DNA of 64,000 nucleotides from Nemertoderma westbladi (lineage: Eukaryota; Animalia; Xenacoelomorpha). Shown here in pieces: positions 40,243-53,239 of the stretch. Where the stretch lies: NCBI GenBank assembly GCA_032718475.1, contig JAUCBJ010001187.1:1-64000 (forward strand). The letters are read 5' to 3'. The stretch's first letter is position 1. Every line of letters begins with the position of its first letter. The notes beneath the pieces are model-generated. The model saw only the letters and a program-made list of their open reading frames with translations. It did no database searches and was not told where the DNA came from. A program made the position numbers and the translations under genes.

Positions 40243-43200
40243 ACTTCAAGTTGCCAGGATTATGGGATTTTCCAGTAATACCATATAACTTAAAGGCCGT
40301 AATTTGTAAAAATATTTATAGTTGGTACTTTTTATAATAAGCACTTGGTAAAGACTCCATCTACATATGAATAGGGCCTAGACCCAGGGTGCACCTGGGA
40401 GCTGGAACTAATTGTAATATTCCAAATTGGTCGAAATAAGTTCCGCGCTTTCAATCTTGCATTTAGTATTACTACTGTACTACTAGGTCGAGCGAACTCG
40501 GACAATGGAAATGAGATCCTTCCAGGCTTCCCGATTCTCCATAGTTATCGCAATTTCGTTTCTCTCAAGTTCAGTATCCCTTTCAATTTGTTCCTTATAT
40601 GTTATAGCCGGTCGTCCACGACTACGCTTTCCATGCGTTGGTTGCCTGAAAATTTGATCTGGTATGACCTCATGTTTACTTCTCTAGCAGTGCCCACTGA
40701 ATCGTTGTCTGTGTTCTGTGTTCACGTCAGAAAGTTGGGGGTAGGAGGGGTGGGGGGGGGGGGGGGGGGGTGGGGGAGGGACTTTCGACGCGAACAAAAT
40801 TCACCCTTCTGCTTCTCCAGGGAAAAATCTACACAAATAACAGCTGATTACTCCCAAATATAAAACTGTAACCTGTTCTATCTTTCGTTTATTGTTTTGG
40901 GTAGAATAACGTGCCACTGCAACCTGCTCATTCTCTAAATTTATAATTTAACATTTTGAAGCGAGATATTTATTCGCCGAGATGGGATTTGCGTCCAGTT
41001 TCCCCAGTGTCTCGTGCACTTAGAGAAGGCCCAGTACTACACAGGTGGTATTGTTCTGTATGAGCGGTAGTCTATTGTCAATAATTGTATAAGCAGGCTG
41101 TATATCTACTACTTTTTACATTCCTGTACTCAACTTAAGATTATGAACCCAAGATCTCCAACAGTTGTGGCTGTTCTGCTCCTCATTGAGTCATACAATA
41201 CACATAAGTGGGGGCATCGCGCACACTGAAGTCTACATGAACCTTTGGGTGGGTGCAATTAGACATTCGCCTCCTAGAGACCAACGTAGGAATTATAGAA
41301 GTCTGTCTGTGAGTAAAATTTTTATAAACTATGTGTGTACTAAGTTTATTTTGATTTCATCAAAGATTGATCCGAATTATTAGTATTCAAGTGGCTCGCG
41401 ACATATTTAAGAATTCTAATGGAGCCAATGTTCCAAATGTACACCAGCCAGGATTGAGAAGAACTCGGTATCGCCATTATGGCGTTTATTATGAATTGCC
41501 TTCTACTAATATGACGCTACATATAAGAAACAGTCCACGTGCTGCGCGAAGGCCCCATGAACGTAGACCATTGATACCATCCCCTTCGATCTCCTAACTC
41601 GATTCTAGTACTTTTAGTAGAGATGTAAAGTATGCTTTACATAGATTCGCATTACAATTCTAAAGAAACTGATAAACTTCTTGTAAAATAATATAAATTC
41701 TACATACATTACTCCCCATTACAACTCAAATACTCATAGAATATTGAATTAACATTTAATGTCATAACCAAAAGTTAAATAGCAACCATCTGCAGGTAAT
41801 TAAAGTTATTTAAAAAACGACATGCCGACTTCAGGGCGTTCATATTGCAGTATTCCAATATTTCAGCGAGGTATGAAAAAAACTAGGAGTTCTTAGCTTG
41901 TTAAAGAACTCCTAGTATTTTTCATTTTTCATAATTATGTAATACAGTATATGAATATATTTAGTATTAAAACCGATATACTTGTTTCTTTGCAAACATT
42001 TAAATTGTTTATGTTTTTTAAATGTTTATTTGAAAATGACAAGTTGTTAATAATGTTAAAATATGTTGAAATAATTAATTACTTAATGTTGAAGAATAAT
42101 TGAAGGTGAGCTGACAATGCAACTGCAATATTACTTACCAGTGCATTTGTAAATATAAAAAAATGTGAAAGAATGTAAGTGAAAGTTGAACAGAAGAGAG
42201 TGAAGGGACATGTGAAAAATTATAACACGAGCTCTCGTGTTAACTAAACACGTAACCTAGATATAGTTTTCAACTAGTTTTTTCATATTATTTACCAGCC
42301 CAAGGGTATAAAATCTGCTTCGGTGTGGAGATGAGTGATAATAATAAATTATAAAAAGTCCTTACATAAACAACCATAAACTATCAAAGTGAATCAAGCA
42401 AAACATATTTACAACATGTTCAAGATGCCAGTCAAGATGTCAGAAATGAGCATAGAGCAAACATCTACAGCCTACATGGTTAGTACGGTAATTAATTAGA
42501 CTGTAACTAATTGTTCATACAATTTGCACCTGTGGTTTACCTAATTATATTCGTCTATATAACACCATATGTGCCATCAAACGGTAACTAAATTGAACTG
42601 TTAATTAATCCAGAGCATACGAGTTATTAATATTGGAAAGTGGATACTCAAAATTTAAATGAAAATTTTACCGTCGTATACCGGTAACGCTAAAATAATA
42701 TTGTGACAATATCAAATCATTTCGTAGACACCATTCGTAATCTTAACCAAATTCTTAAATCTTTGAGTCTTAATTCTGTGCCCGCCCCTTCCAATCTTCA
42801 CCCCCTCCCTCCCAACTAATTTTTCTACATATCTCAATATCGCATGAAAATTGTAACAGACACAGTTTGACAACCCTACTTCTTACTGTGTGAGATTAGT
42901 TAATATTTTAGTTTTCAATCCTTAGCAATAAAGCCCATGAAAAAGGTGCCTCCGTTTATATTGCACCATTTATACCACAACTGTATGCAGCGTAATATTA
43001 TATACAACAATGCAATATATATATACACATAATAATAATATATCTTTTATTTCTTGACGAAATTCTGAATTAGTTTCAGATTTTGTTACTTTACCATTCT
43101 ATCATTAACATAAGCGTCTGGGAACCATTTGCATTTCCACTGGGGGGTAAAGGCCAAATTTTCGACCCTAAAATTTTAGAATTTGTGGACATAGCGGAGA

Positions 43201-44035
43201 TATTATACCAAGGATTTACCAAGAATATTAAGTTACTCAAAACATTTAATATCTTAGTGCAATTTATATCACTATATTTCTTATTTATTGTTAGTTAGGC
43301 CTACTGTTATCCGGTACTATAATTGGACAGTGGCGTATGCGAGCGTGTCCAGCGGAATTTTTCAACAAGGTTGAGATTTTGCACATTTGAATCGACTTTT
43401 TTAAACAATAATACTTTGGTAAAACTAATGACTTTTAATGAATTTCATTACCGGTCGGTATTAGTGGCTGCCGCTACACTTGCTGTAATATAATACTGTA
43501 GGAAAAAGCGTTACTTGTTTAGTACTCCCCCAATTGTATTTTTTTGTAAAAAATTAGAAGTTGTCTGTGTGTCTGTAATAATACGACACAATATTCCGGG
43601 GAATACTGTATAGATAAATTAGCACAATATTCTAGAATAATGCGTTTATTACTATTACTTGGATGTATTTTTATATGATGGAAATGTAAGGATGTTGGGC
43701 CTCAGGTCGCATTGTTTGATGGCGGAGTTAGTCGAGTTAATACCTGTTATATTTATGTTAAATACGATTTACTATACACACACAGGTAACCAATCGATTT
43801 ATGATTGGAAAGTGAAGTAAATTTCTTGAATATCTGATATATAAATAGTTGCAGCAGAACGGAAATGTGTTGATTATAATCAAATTTTTTTATGTCAGCA
43901 AACCATCCAGTAATGAATTGCAAAATAATTTTAATATAAATTTCTCTTACTAATATTTAGAAGTGTAAGATTAAGTGAGTGTTACATAAAACCCGCTATA
44001 TATACTAATAACTTTAAGGAAATTTGATCCAAAAT

Positions 44036-44128
44036 TGCAATCCCGAACCCGAAAACCGGGATCCTGAGAGTGATAATCCCGGTCCCGATCCCGGAAATCC
44101 CGAAAAGTCTGATCCCGTTCAAACACTC
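44036..44128. repeat. Cluster of ATCCCG motifs, probable DNA-transposon subterminal repeats
   Basis: About six (A)TCCCG/CGGGAT motifs in ~90 bp. The partner end was not found. Confidence 0.35.
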
Positions 44129-46679
44129 ACGCATAAGTCACACTTAGACACTGTGTGATACTCATAACTACAGTTATATTACCGGTATGTATGACTACCT
44201 CTCTACATACAAACTATTATATAGTTATTCTCCCCCACCCTTCCAAATATAATATATATATATGAGCATTCAATGCAAGCCCCCCCCCCCCCCCCCCCCA
44301 AGGTTTGGAATCACATATCTTCAAACATTAGGACTTTAAAAGCAAGAATGAAATCTGCCAATAAATATAAAATGTAAGTTTAGTAATTAATTAGTTTTTG
44401 TTAGGCCTACCTCGATCTACATCGATCTACATCTAACTCGATATGATAATCTTTATATCGACTTACCATCTCTACTGTGTTATCGTTGGGATAATATATG
44501 ACTAGGTATTCCTTTTTCATCGCCGCGTGTGGATCAAACCACTCCGCCAAAAATGCCAACCGGATTTCATCAGCGGCCTAAAACAATATTTTAATTTTAG
44601 GTAGGGATAATTAAACCGTGCTAAAGCACGATGAACTAGAGCTCCGACAACTCGCTCCAGTAGACAGAGGAACTATAGAAGTCTGTATGTGTGTATAATT
44701 TCTAATTAAGCAATGCTCGTAGGGTACTGCTACCAAATGATGAAATGATGAATCTGATGGATGGTTTTATAAATACAGCTACTTTTATGTTTCTGTGAAT
44801 TCGCCTCCTAGCGGCAGTCGGCAGACAGGGGATCTATAGAAGTCTGTCTGTGAGTTTGATAGACTACATGTGTACGAAGTTTGGTTCCAATTCATCCATG
44901 ATTAACGGACGTATTAGCGTTCAAACATTCAAGCCACAATACACTTTCATTTCATTGTACTTACGGGCCGGTGTGGACAGTGTATTCCAGTATTCAGGTG
45001 GTGTGATGTGCATCCTGTGCAACAGCAAACAGAGTGTTGGAGTAGCAGAATACTGGAATAGGGTGTTGTATACATTAGACCTAAATTAGAGTCGCTGTCT
45101 CAGAGATGTAATGATACCTGCTACCACAATGGCAGATGTACCTGTGCCGGTATTACAGGCTGACAGGCGCATTCATATTTTTATATGAAGCGCAGACTCA
45201 GAGATTTGGACGCTACATACACAGGATAATTTCATACCCGGGGCAGAGTTCGGAGCATATAATTAGGCCTACAATTTATATCATCCTCTTAAAAGGGTGG
45301 CAAACTCACCATTGTAGAAGTTTATTCTTAGTTCATTCAAGTTAAAGTCAGCACGAAATTTAAAATGAGCCTCTAGAGTTTAAGCTGACATATATCGCTG
45401 GACATCTGTTCTGGCTGTCTGTTGCCGTTGAAATAATTAAATAATAATTAGGCCTAATCGGTGTAATCGCTAATGCTAATATTATAAATTAATTATTGAT
45501 TCTGGCTATGTAGAATACCAATACCCTGAAATCAAAATCAGAATCGAATCAAAATTTAACTGGTACCGGGCTATGTAGAAATACCCCATAATAATACAGT
45601 AATACTGTAATAAACCATAACGTCAACGGTCTACGGTGAGTTAATTGGTACCGGTAGTCCTGTAGCTGGTACTCTTCAGCACTACTATATACTTATGCGC
45701 TGGCGGAAGTAGATAGGCCTACATTTAGTTTACCCAGTATTTCTGATATAAAATTGTACTTGGTCCACAACGTTTACATCGGTTGCCAGGAGACGGTACT
45801 ATTTAATTTAGAAATATTTATTACCTCATTTCCCTCGTAATTCAAATGATACGACCCGAACCCCCCCCCCCCCCCCCCCCCCCAATTTTTCTACAAATCT
45901 TAATGAGATTGCATGAAATTTGAAACAAAGAGAGATTCACTTCCCGACCAACTTAGTGGGTGAGCCAGAATAGTTATTTTTGCTTTCAATCTTTAGATAC
46001 AAGCGTTTAAAAAAGTGTCTTCGTCAAATTTTTTCAGTTACACCGAACGAGAAGCTCAACACAGCTCATTCCCAGGATAGGCGACAACCCGGAACGATGC
46101 CGGCCATGCCTGTCACCCTGGTCGAGTCGGTGAGGGACAGTGGGCCCCCCAGGATATCGGCTGGCTTGCATCAGGAAGAACTCCTGTACTAGGGGCAACT
46201 CAAGGAGTCCACCCTAAATCTGCAAGCCATGCAAGAGGCAGTAAATAAAAAATGGACCAACTAAGTCGATTCTGAATTAAACCGATTAAGTCAACAATGG
46301 TTCCAATTGGGAAGGAAAGCCGAGCATTTAATACACGGCATTGGAATAGAAAATAGTCCCTCAAAATAATGGGCACCCCGAAAGTAATTTGGGTACAAAA
46401 ACTAACGCCCATAATAATAGGTATCTTTGTAGGCCACCACCGACATCTGTAGGCCCATATAACGATTCAACATTTAATACTATGGTCTAATACAGTAATA
46501 GTACAATATAGCTCATGAAAGTATTACCCGCCAATTAGCGCGTATAGAAAGAAGCACGAGAGATAGTTAAATCCCCAGCTCAGAAACGAAGGTTAAATTT
46601 GGTGATGGTTCACCTTATGATACATCTGCCAACTCTGAACGGGAATTTAACACAGACGATTTCTCAATTGAGGATGAAA

Positions 46680-46710
46680 GTTGACCCTCCCCCGGGTTTA
46701 ATAGGGTTAA
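46680..46710. mobile_element. Isolated right end of a piggyBac-type element of the 27503-29075 family
   Basis: TTGACC..CCCCCGGGTTTAATAGGG|TTAA matches 29048-29079. Confidence 0.6.
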
Positions 46711-47624
46711 AGCAATTAATAATTTGTAGTTTGTTAAGGAATTACACCAACTTAAGATTGCCATGGATCTTGAATAATTTCGTTGCCATAGAAACCTTCT
46801 GCTTTTAGTGTCTCCAAACATTTTCCTTTTCAAGGATTTTAAATTTCATATGGTATGTATTAATTTCAGTTTAGAAAAATGTTAATAAATTTCATTTCAG
46901 ATTTAAGGGGAATTCCATCGTTACAGACTAATTTTCACAATCATTTTCTCATAATTAATAACTTAAAACAATATGAATACCATTTAGTTATGGTGGCTGA
47001 TGGATTAATGAATGATATATCTTTACTTTAGATTAAAAATATTTGTATATATTTTTTTATTATTACTGTGATATTGTAATTATAGTTCATTTTTCGAACA
47101 AATAGTATCTTTTACGGAATAAATAGATATTTATGTACAAATAATTTGTTCTATATTCACAGAAAACAAAATAAAAAAAACATACGTGTGTGTCTGGATG
47201 TTTAATGAGGGTGATTTGCTTACGACTGAGCTTGTAATTGAGCCTTTAGTTATGCTCGCTAATTATCACTAAATATATATACTCAAATCAATTACGAATA
47301 TAGTGATGAAAAACACCCCGTTATTTTGAGTAATATTCTCTATTTCAGGATGTCAGTAAATTATTTAGTGAGTAATATATCTGCAATATAGTTGCGCCAT
47401 CTCTCACCAGACACACTGGACGATAAGAAGAAACAGTGGTCTTTCAGTTCTATAGACGGGTGTTGAATTGGAGTGAATTGAAGAGAATAAAGACAGGTCT
47501 GAAAGTTAGGTAACTAACCACTGGGAAACAGCACCACAAACTTGCGCCATTAACGTTTCTGCTTGTTGATAACGGGCTTGCGTGTTTGAATGTAATAAAT
47601 TTCAAGCGTTTGTAAAACAAACGT

Positions 47625-48180
47625 GTGGTTAACTGCCCTAAATACTTAAATCAAAAATTTACCAAACTGAGTGATACACATTCATACGGCACCAGAGCCA
47701 GCAAATCAAATTTTTATGTTCCCAATTGTAAATCCTTTGAAAGCGAAACGTTTTTCTTTAATGGAATAAAGAATTGGAATTCCCTACCGAATAACATTAA
47801 AAATATTAAAAATGAACATGCCTTTAAGTCTGCAGTAAAATCCCATCTCCAAGACCAGTGCAAATTCTTATATAGCAGTATTTAGTTTAGTTCAATATTA
47901 AATAGGTGCATGTGCAATAATTAGTAATAATGATCAATTTTGTATTTCTTGTATCTTATTTAGTTTAAATTATATAATTATTCTATATACAGTAGTTAGT
48001 TTAGTTTGTATTGGTAACCAAGTAACTTGAAGGACCCCCTTGGAAATAAGCTGCAAAGCTTTAGGGGTTATCCTTTATGTTATGTTGGACAATACTTACT
48101 ATACATTAATAATTTTACTGAGTTAATGTATTGGTTTCTATTGTTTGCATAATATATAAATAAATCTATCTATCTATCTA
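47625..48180 (+). mobile_element. CR1/L2-group (Crack/Daphne-like) LINE 3' end
   Basis: Translates to CPKYL..HSYGTR..FFFNGIKNWNSLP..IK..FKSAVKSHL. The 3' UTR has a GGACCCCCTTGGAAATAAG stem-loop, AATAAA and a (TATC)n tail. Confidence 0.85.
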
Positions 48181-48590
48181 TAACAGGCCGCAATGGGTGT
48201 ATAGCAATTACTTTGAAATGTTTAAACAATTCACGCCACTCAGTCATCCAACGTGTATTGGGCTCGCCGCGGTGCGTCATGATGTGGTTGTGCACAGTCT
48301 TACCATGTTCGCTCCCATCCTTGGCCGTCCCATCCTGGTGCTGTCTAACGCGTTCAAACAAGTGTTGGATGGTGTGTCCAACATATTCCCCCTTACAAGA
48401 GGGACAAGAGAAAGTGTAAACGACATTTGACACAAGGATATCCGGGAAGGATATCGGATATTTTTGAGATGGGAGTGACTGGCGCAGTTTAGATGTAGTG
48501 AAAACTAACCGAACTGGCCGTGTACCAGACCTAGGTATAAGTCCACGCAACTTTCGAACAAACAGATCGGTTAAAGGTAGACAAGAGTTT
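48181..48590 (-). mobile_element. Penelope-like element, GIY-YIG endonuclease fragment
   Basis: Translates to SNVVYTFSCPSCKGEYVGHTIQHLFERVRQH..VHNHI..FKVI, the Penelope GIY-YIG signature (VY..CxxC..YVGxT..R..H). Confidence 0.8.
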
Positions 48591-48982
48591 GTGGTTGGAG
48601 AACATATTATTACTTCCATAATGTAAATACAATCCAATGCAAAAAATATTTCATTTGTTGTAAATTATGATGACATAGCAGTCTACTGTGGGCTGAATTT
48701 ATGTAGAAACCTTTCAAGGGAGATATCTAGTTTTAGGCTAGCCAATTAATAATAATATTAATATTATTAATAAAATGAAAACTGAGCAATTTTATTAATT
48801 TAATTCGTGTTAAATAAGTTTATTATAATATAACAGCTGAAAACTTCGCAATATTGAAGTTGCATTAGTTATGAAACACACTTGCATGCAAGTTTTCTGT
48901 GTTTATGTAAATCAGCTTACATAGAAGTACATGTGCAATTGAAGCCTTGTACACAAAGTTTAGGTATCCGTATCAGTTTCCT

Positions 48983-49764
48983 TCAAACACAGTAGATTGG
49001 ACCAACAGCTAAAGCGCTGATCTCCTCTTCAGAACCCCCAGTGTCTCCAAGACGCAACTCAACTATCGGCGAATCTTCGATGTTTAGGATGTGTTGGGTG
49101 CACGATAAAGAAGACTGATGGCATTTTAATCCACCCCTTTCCAGGAAAGAATACTGGACCAAACCACTCTCTGTCCCAATGACGTAACATACTTCATCCA
49201 TAACCACTTCGATGGCTGTTATATCACAATTTTGGACACACAATGATGACATTGACATCATTTCTCTTATTTGATTCAGGTCATAATGGTAGCTGACTGC
49301 CAATGAGAATCCACATGGTGTCTCATGTCCACTAACTACTTGACTTGGCCTATCGGCATAGATAGACTTCCAGTTTGTAAAATAGCAAATGATTTCCCCA
49401 ACCTTCTCTTCGAAGATATGCTCACCAGAACTTCCTGTGTCTCCAAGGCGAATCTCCTGCACCGGCAATAAATTCTTATCTTCAATTGGAATAATAGAGC
49501 AATCATGATCTGATGGACAGAAATTCCAGTTTGAAAAGACGTGAGAATCGAATGCGCGGTCAATCCAGCAATTATCATAAATGGATACCTCAACTGATAT
49601 TATCGTTATTGTCTGGCTGCAGGAATCTGCTGCGTTTAAGAGATTCTCTATTATCGTCATATCATATGGGTATGTTACTATGATACCATATCCACACGCG
49701 TTCTCATGGCCACTAACATATTCGCTGGTAAACATTGCTGGGATAATGAACTGCCCAGAGGAAC
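48983..49764 (-). CDS. Terminal coding exon: two tandem Caspr/neurexin-IV-type fibrinogen-like (COLFI-like) repeats
   Basis: Acceptor TTTCAG|GT at 49764 (phase 1) and an open frame to TGA. Two repeats of VSGHE..CG..V.Y.YD...I.....C.Q..LP(V/I).E(I/L)RLGDTG..E....VG.I.C. AATAAA lies downstream near 48796. Confidence 0.75.
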
Positions 49765-50090
49765 CTGAAAGAAACATTATGTATCAGAGTAAGTGCAATA
49801 TATTTATTCTAAATTAATATATTTCGGTAATAAATAGAGATAATTTAACATTTTCGGTAATAAATAAAAATAAATAGCTACATGTTGGAATCATCTGTTT
49901 GAAGGTAGGAAAGATTTGTATTTTCTTGATAACATCAGACTTGGTGTATTCATTAGTTCTTGTAGCTACTGTACGCCCAGGTAATGGTAACTATATCAGC
50001 TTCTCTGATCTAGACTGTAAATGTATGTTTCACATGGGGGGTGGTGTTAGAAGCATCTACAAGAATAACGTAATCTTATTTATACTATAC

Positions 50091-50213
50091 CTTGACAATT
50101 CTTCCCATCTCCAGTGTATCCCAGTTGGCAGGCACAATCGAATGACCCTGGTGTGTTGGTGCAGTCGGCATTCTCGTGACAATCATTGGTGTTACTGAGG
50201 CATTCATTGATTT
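50091..50213 (-). CDS. Calcium-binding EGF-domain exon (123 bp, phase 1-1) of the same gene
   Basis: Encodes INECLSNTNDCHENADCTNTPGSFDCACQLGYTGDGKNCQ. Acceptor TTTTAG and donor AG|GTATAG; it splices in frame to 49764. Confidence 0.92.
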
Positions 50214-50306
50214 CTAAAATATATTTATATAGAATAATAAGTAAATAATAAGAAAATAATTTGTTGATTGACAGAAAAGACGGACTGACCAACAGAGGCT
50301 ACCATT

Positions 50307-51361
50307 TGTAAAGGCTTTTGCGGAATTAGCTGGTTATTTTCCCCGTAAAGTACTCTGTAGTTGGTTTAGCAGGCATAAAAGGCCGTGTCCTTACTGTACA
50401 GTACTGGTGTTTTAGAGGACACAAAAGCCATTTCTTCTGTATGTGTACTTTAGCGGACATAATTAGCAATTCTTTGACGCAATACGCCAGATCCTCTTGA
50501 AACAGTGTAGCTACCATGACGATGGCTAACAGCTGATGCTGTACACGTGTAGCTTTTTCTTTGTTCTCTGTTCCTTCTTTGTTCGTCTTTAGCCCAGCAT
50601 TAGTAGGCTTAATTATAGAACGTATATCTGTTATCATACCTCACTTAACGAATCATAACATACAAACTAATCATATTGTCAACTACAAACACCGCATTTT
50701 ACTGCTATTTACTGTCGGTTATTCATTATATTTGTTGATGGAATATTATATTTGGAATACTGATAAATAATCAGACACCCCAATCTTCTTGATATACTAA
50801 AGGTTAGAGAGACCGGTTACATATAATGATTGCGACTTACATTAAGTGGTTTGAAGTGAATCTAATGCTATTTTATAGGCCCTACATGTATTGTCTGTTG
50901 TTCTCTTTATATATGATTAAAATCAGTGAAGGTCGGCAGATTAGTGTGCAGCATTGTGTAGTATTGTGTATGATTGTGACTGATAACAAAGCATCTCCTA
51001 AAGAATGCGCCATATACGTGAATCTATAGCCATCCCGTTGTGTTTAGTTTAAGTCATAACTCTGTTTACATATTTAGAGCGCCACGTCCTAAAGGAACTG
51101 TTAATATTTCCCGAAAGTGAATAATATTTGTCAGAGATTATATATTACGATCAGTCGAATAATACAGTAGGCCTACCCCGCAATACGGTTAGGCTTCCGA
51201 ATCCAGTCTCCCGGGTATATCCAGCGGGTGAATGATCGCGCATAGACTGGCTTCGGCTAATGTAGTGTATCAAATACTTGTCATAGGCTAAAGACGATCT
51301 ATCATCTAAAAGACATCCCAATTTGGCAGGTTAAACTGCTAAAGGTCTGAAAGCGCGAACA
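50307..51361 (+). repeat. 5' LTR (1055 bp)
   Basis: TGTAAAGG..CGCGAACA. By eye it differs from the 3' LTR by about 6 substitutions and one 5-bp indel. Confidence 0.97.
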
Positions 51362-51698
51362 ATAACAGATATATACGTACAATCAGAAGATATAGTTGTC
51401 TATTGTTCTGGTAAGAACAATAACAGATATCGCTTCTGTATTGCAGTAGGCAATAAAGCTGAAGTACCGGCCAACCGGTACCCAGTAGGCCTGACTACCT
51501 AACCACCCGGACCGGTACCTACAGCAGTACAGGTACAGCAGTATTATTCGATTTTGATTATTATATACCAGTAGGTCTTAATAATTAATCGGGGACGCCT
51601 GGTTTTTATTGGGATTTTACTTAGGCCTATTTCTGTCAGTTTTATTTATTTGTAGGCTAATATTGAGCAGAAGGCGTGTAAGCCTGCTCAGATTGTAC

Positions 51699-52279
51699 AG
51701 ACAATTTGTAGGCTGGACTGTTGTCTGACTGTTGTTAAGTCTGAAGGGACTGTAGTGTGTGTAGAGCGTATGTCCGAAAAAGTACTAGTTAGGAAAGTAG
51801 GGGCTGCCAGTGCTGTGAGGTGAACCCCCTCGAAAGAATAAGTCGTACTACTGGGTTAGAACGCATACTAACTAACCATTTCGGAGTCTGCATATACTGT
51901 AGTTTATTTAGGCTTGATAGTAGTCTGCCAGCGTTTGGTCTGTACTTGGTTTGTGTAGTTTGTGTGGGTAGCGTAATATTTCTTATTTAGATAATTTGTA
52001 GGCTGGATTTTGTCTGGCTGTTGTTAGGTCTTGAGAGATTTCGGTGTGTGTAGAGTGTATGTCCGATAAAGTGCCAGTTGGGAACGTAGGGGCTTCCAGA
52101 GCTGTGAGGTAAACCCCCTCGAAAGAATAAGTGGTACTACTCGGTTAGAACGCATACTAACTAACCATTTCGGAGTCTGCATATACCGTAGTTTGTTTGG
52201 GCTTGATAGTAGTCTGTCAGTATTTGGTCTGCATTTTGTTTGAGTAGTCTGTACGCGTAGCGTAATATTTATTATTCAG
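51699..52279 (+). repeat. 290-bp direct duplication in the element's 5' leader
   Basis: 51699-51988 aligns with 51989-52279. Confidence 0.9.
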
Positions 52280-53239
52280 AGTTTATGCGATTATTCTCAA
52301 CATTCATATCCCCAAGTTTATTCCTACAGTAATTGTGCTTGTTATATATACCGTTATAGTTAAACTAACCCCGGTACTACATCAGGGCTGCTTGGCGTAG
52401 GTAAAGACTGGTGATTTTGTGCCCCGGTCACTCCAGCAGATACCGTGGTTCTTTTGGCTGTTCAAGTATTTTTAACTACTGATTATTTGTTATATAAGTA
52501 CTTGTACCTAATTTAGGGTTTAGTGTACAGTGCTTTCCGAAGGTGATTAGTGTGTAGGCAGTATATTTGTGTTGTAAAGTGGTTAATAGGCACGTTGGTT
52601 CTGGTAGACCGCGGTAATTAACTTCTGGGTAGGAACACTCCGTGATACTTAACGTAGTACTTATAGCGATACGGCTATAAGTCGTCAGACGGTGGTATTT
52701 TCCTATCTGGACAACGCAGTATATTTACTACTACTTATTATTTTCAAATACCGTAGTACCCTGTCCTTTGTAATAACCAGATAATCTAACCCTTTGTTAG
52801 GCTGGTTTGTAGACTTCTTGTAAAATTACCCTAAAAATTCGTACTTGTAATTTTTGTGTTTATTTAGAGATTGTAATCTCACCCGAATTGTATGTAATTT
52901 GTAGTATTAAGTAACTTAGGTAAATTAGAATTATTTGTTTTAGTGTCCAACAAGTAGCACTTCACTGAGAGCGCACAGCTTCTGTGTAGTGACTCCCCCC
53001 AGAAATAATAACATTTATTTCAAATATTGACAAAACCCATTTTAATGGGTATAGATATATTATAAATCAACTCAAACGATTTATAAATAGTAGGCCTGCC
53101 ATACATCAATTAGGTCTAAATATCAGTTGGACTACTGCTCAAATAACGGTAATAAAATAAGTAAAGTAACCAAGTAACCCCTAAAAATTCAGAAATTCAA
53201 TTATTTAAAATAATTGACATACCGGTATTTACCATAGGT

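Noticed and set aside
50326-51029. ORFs inside the LTRs (also 61627-62026)
   Set aside because: They are short with no motifs, and the 5-bp indel between the LTRs changes the reading frame of the antisense ORF.
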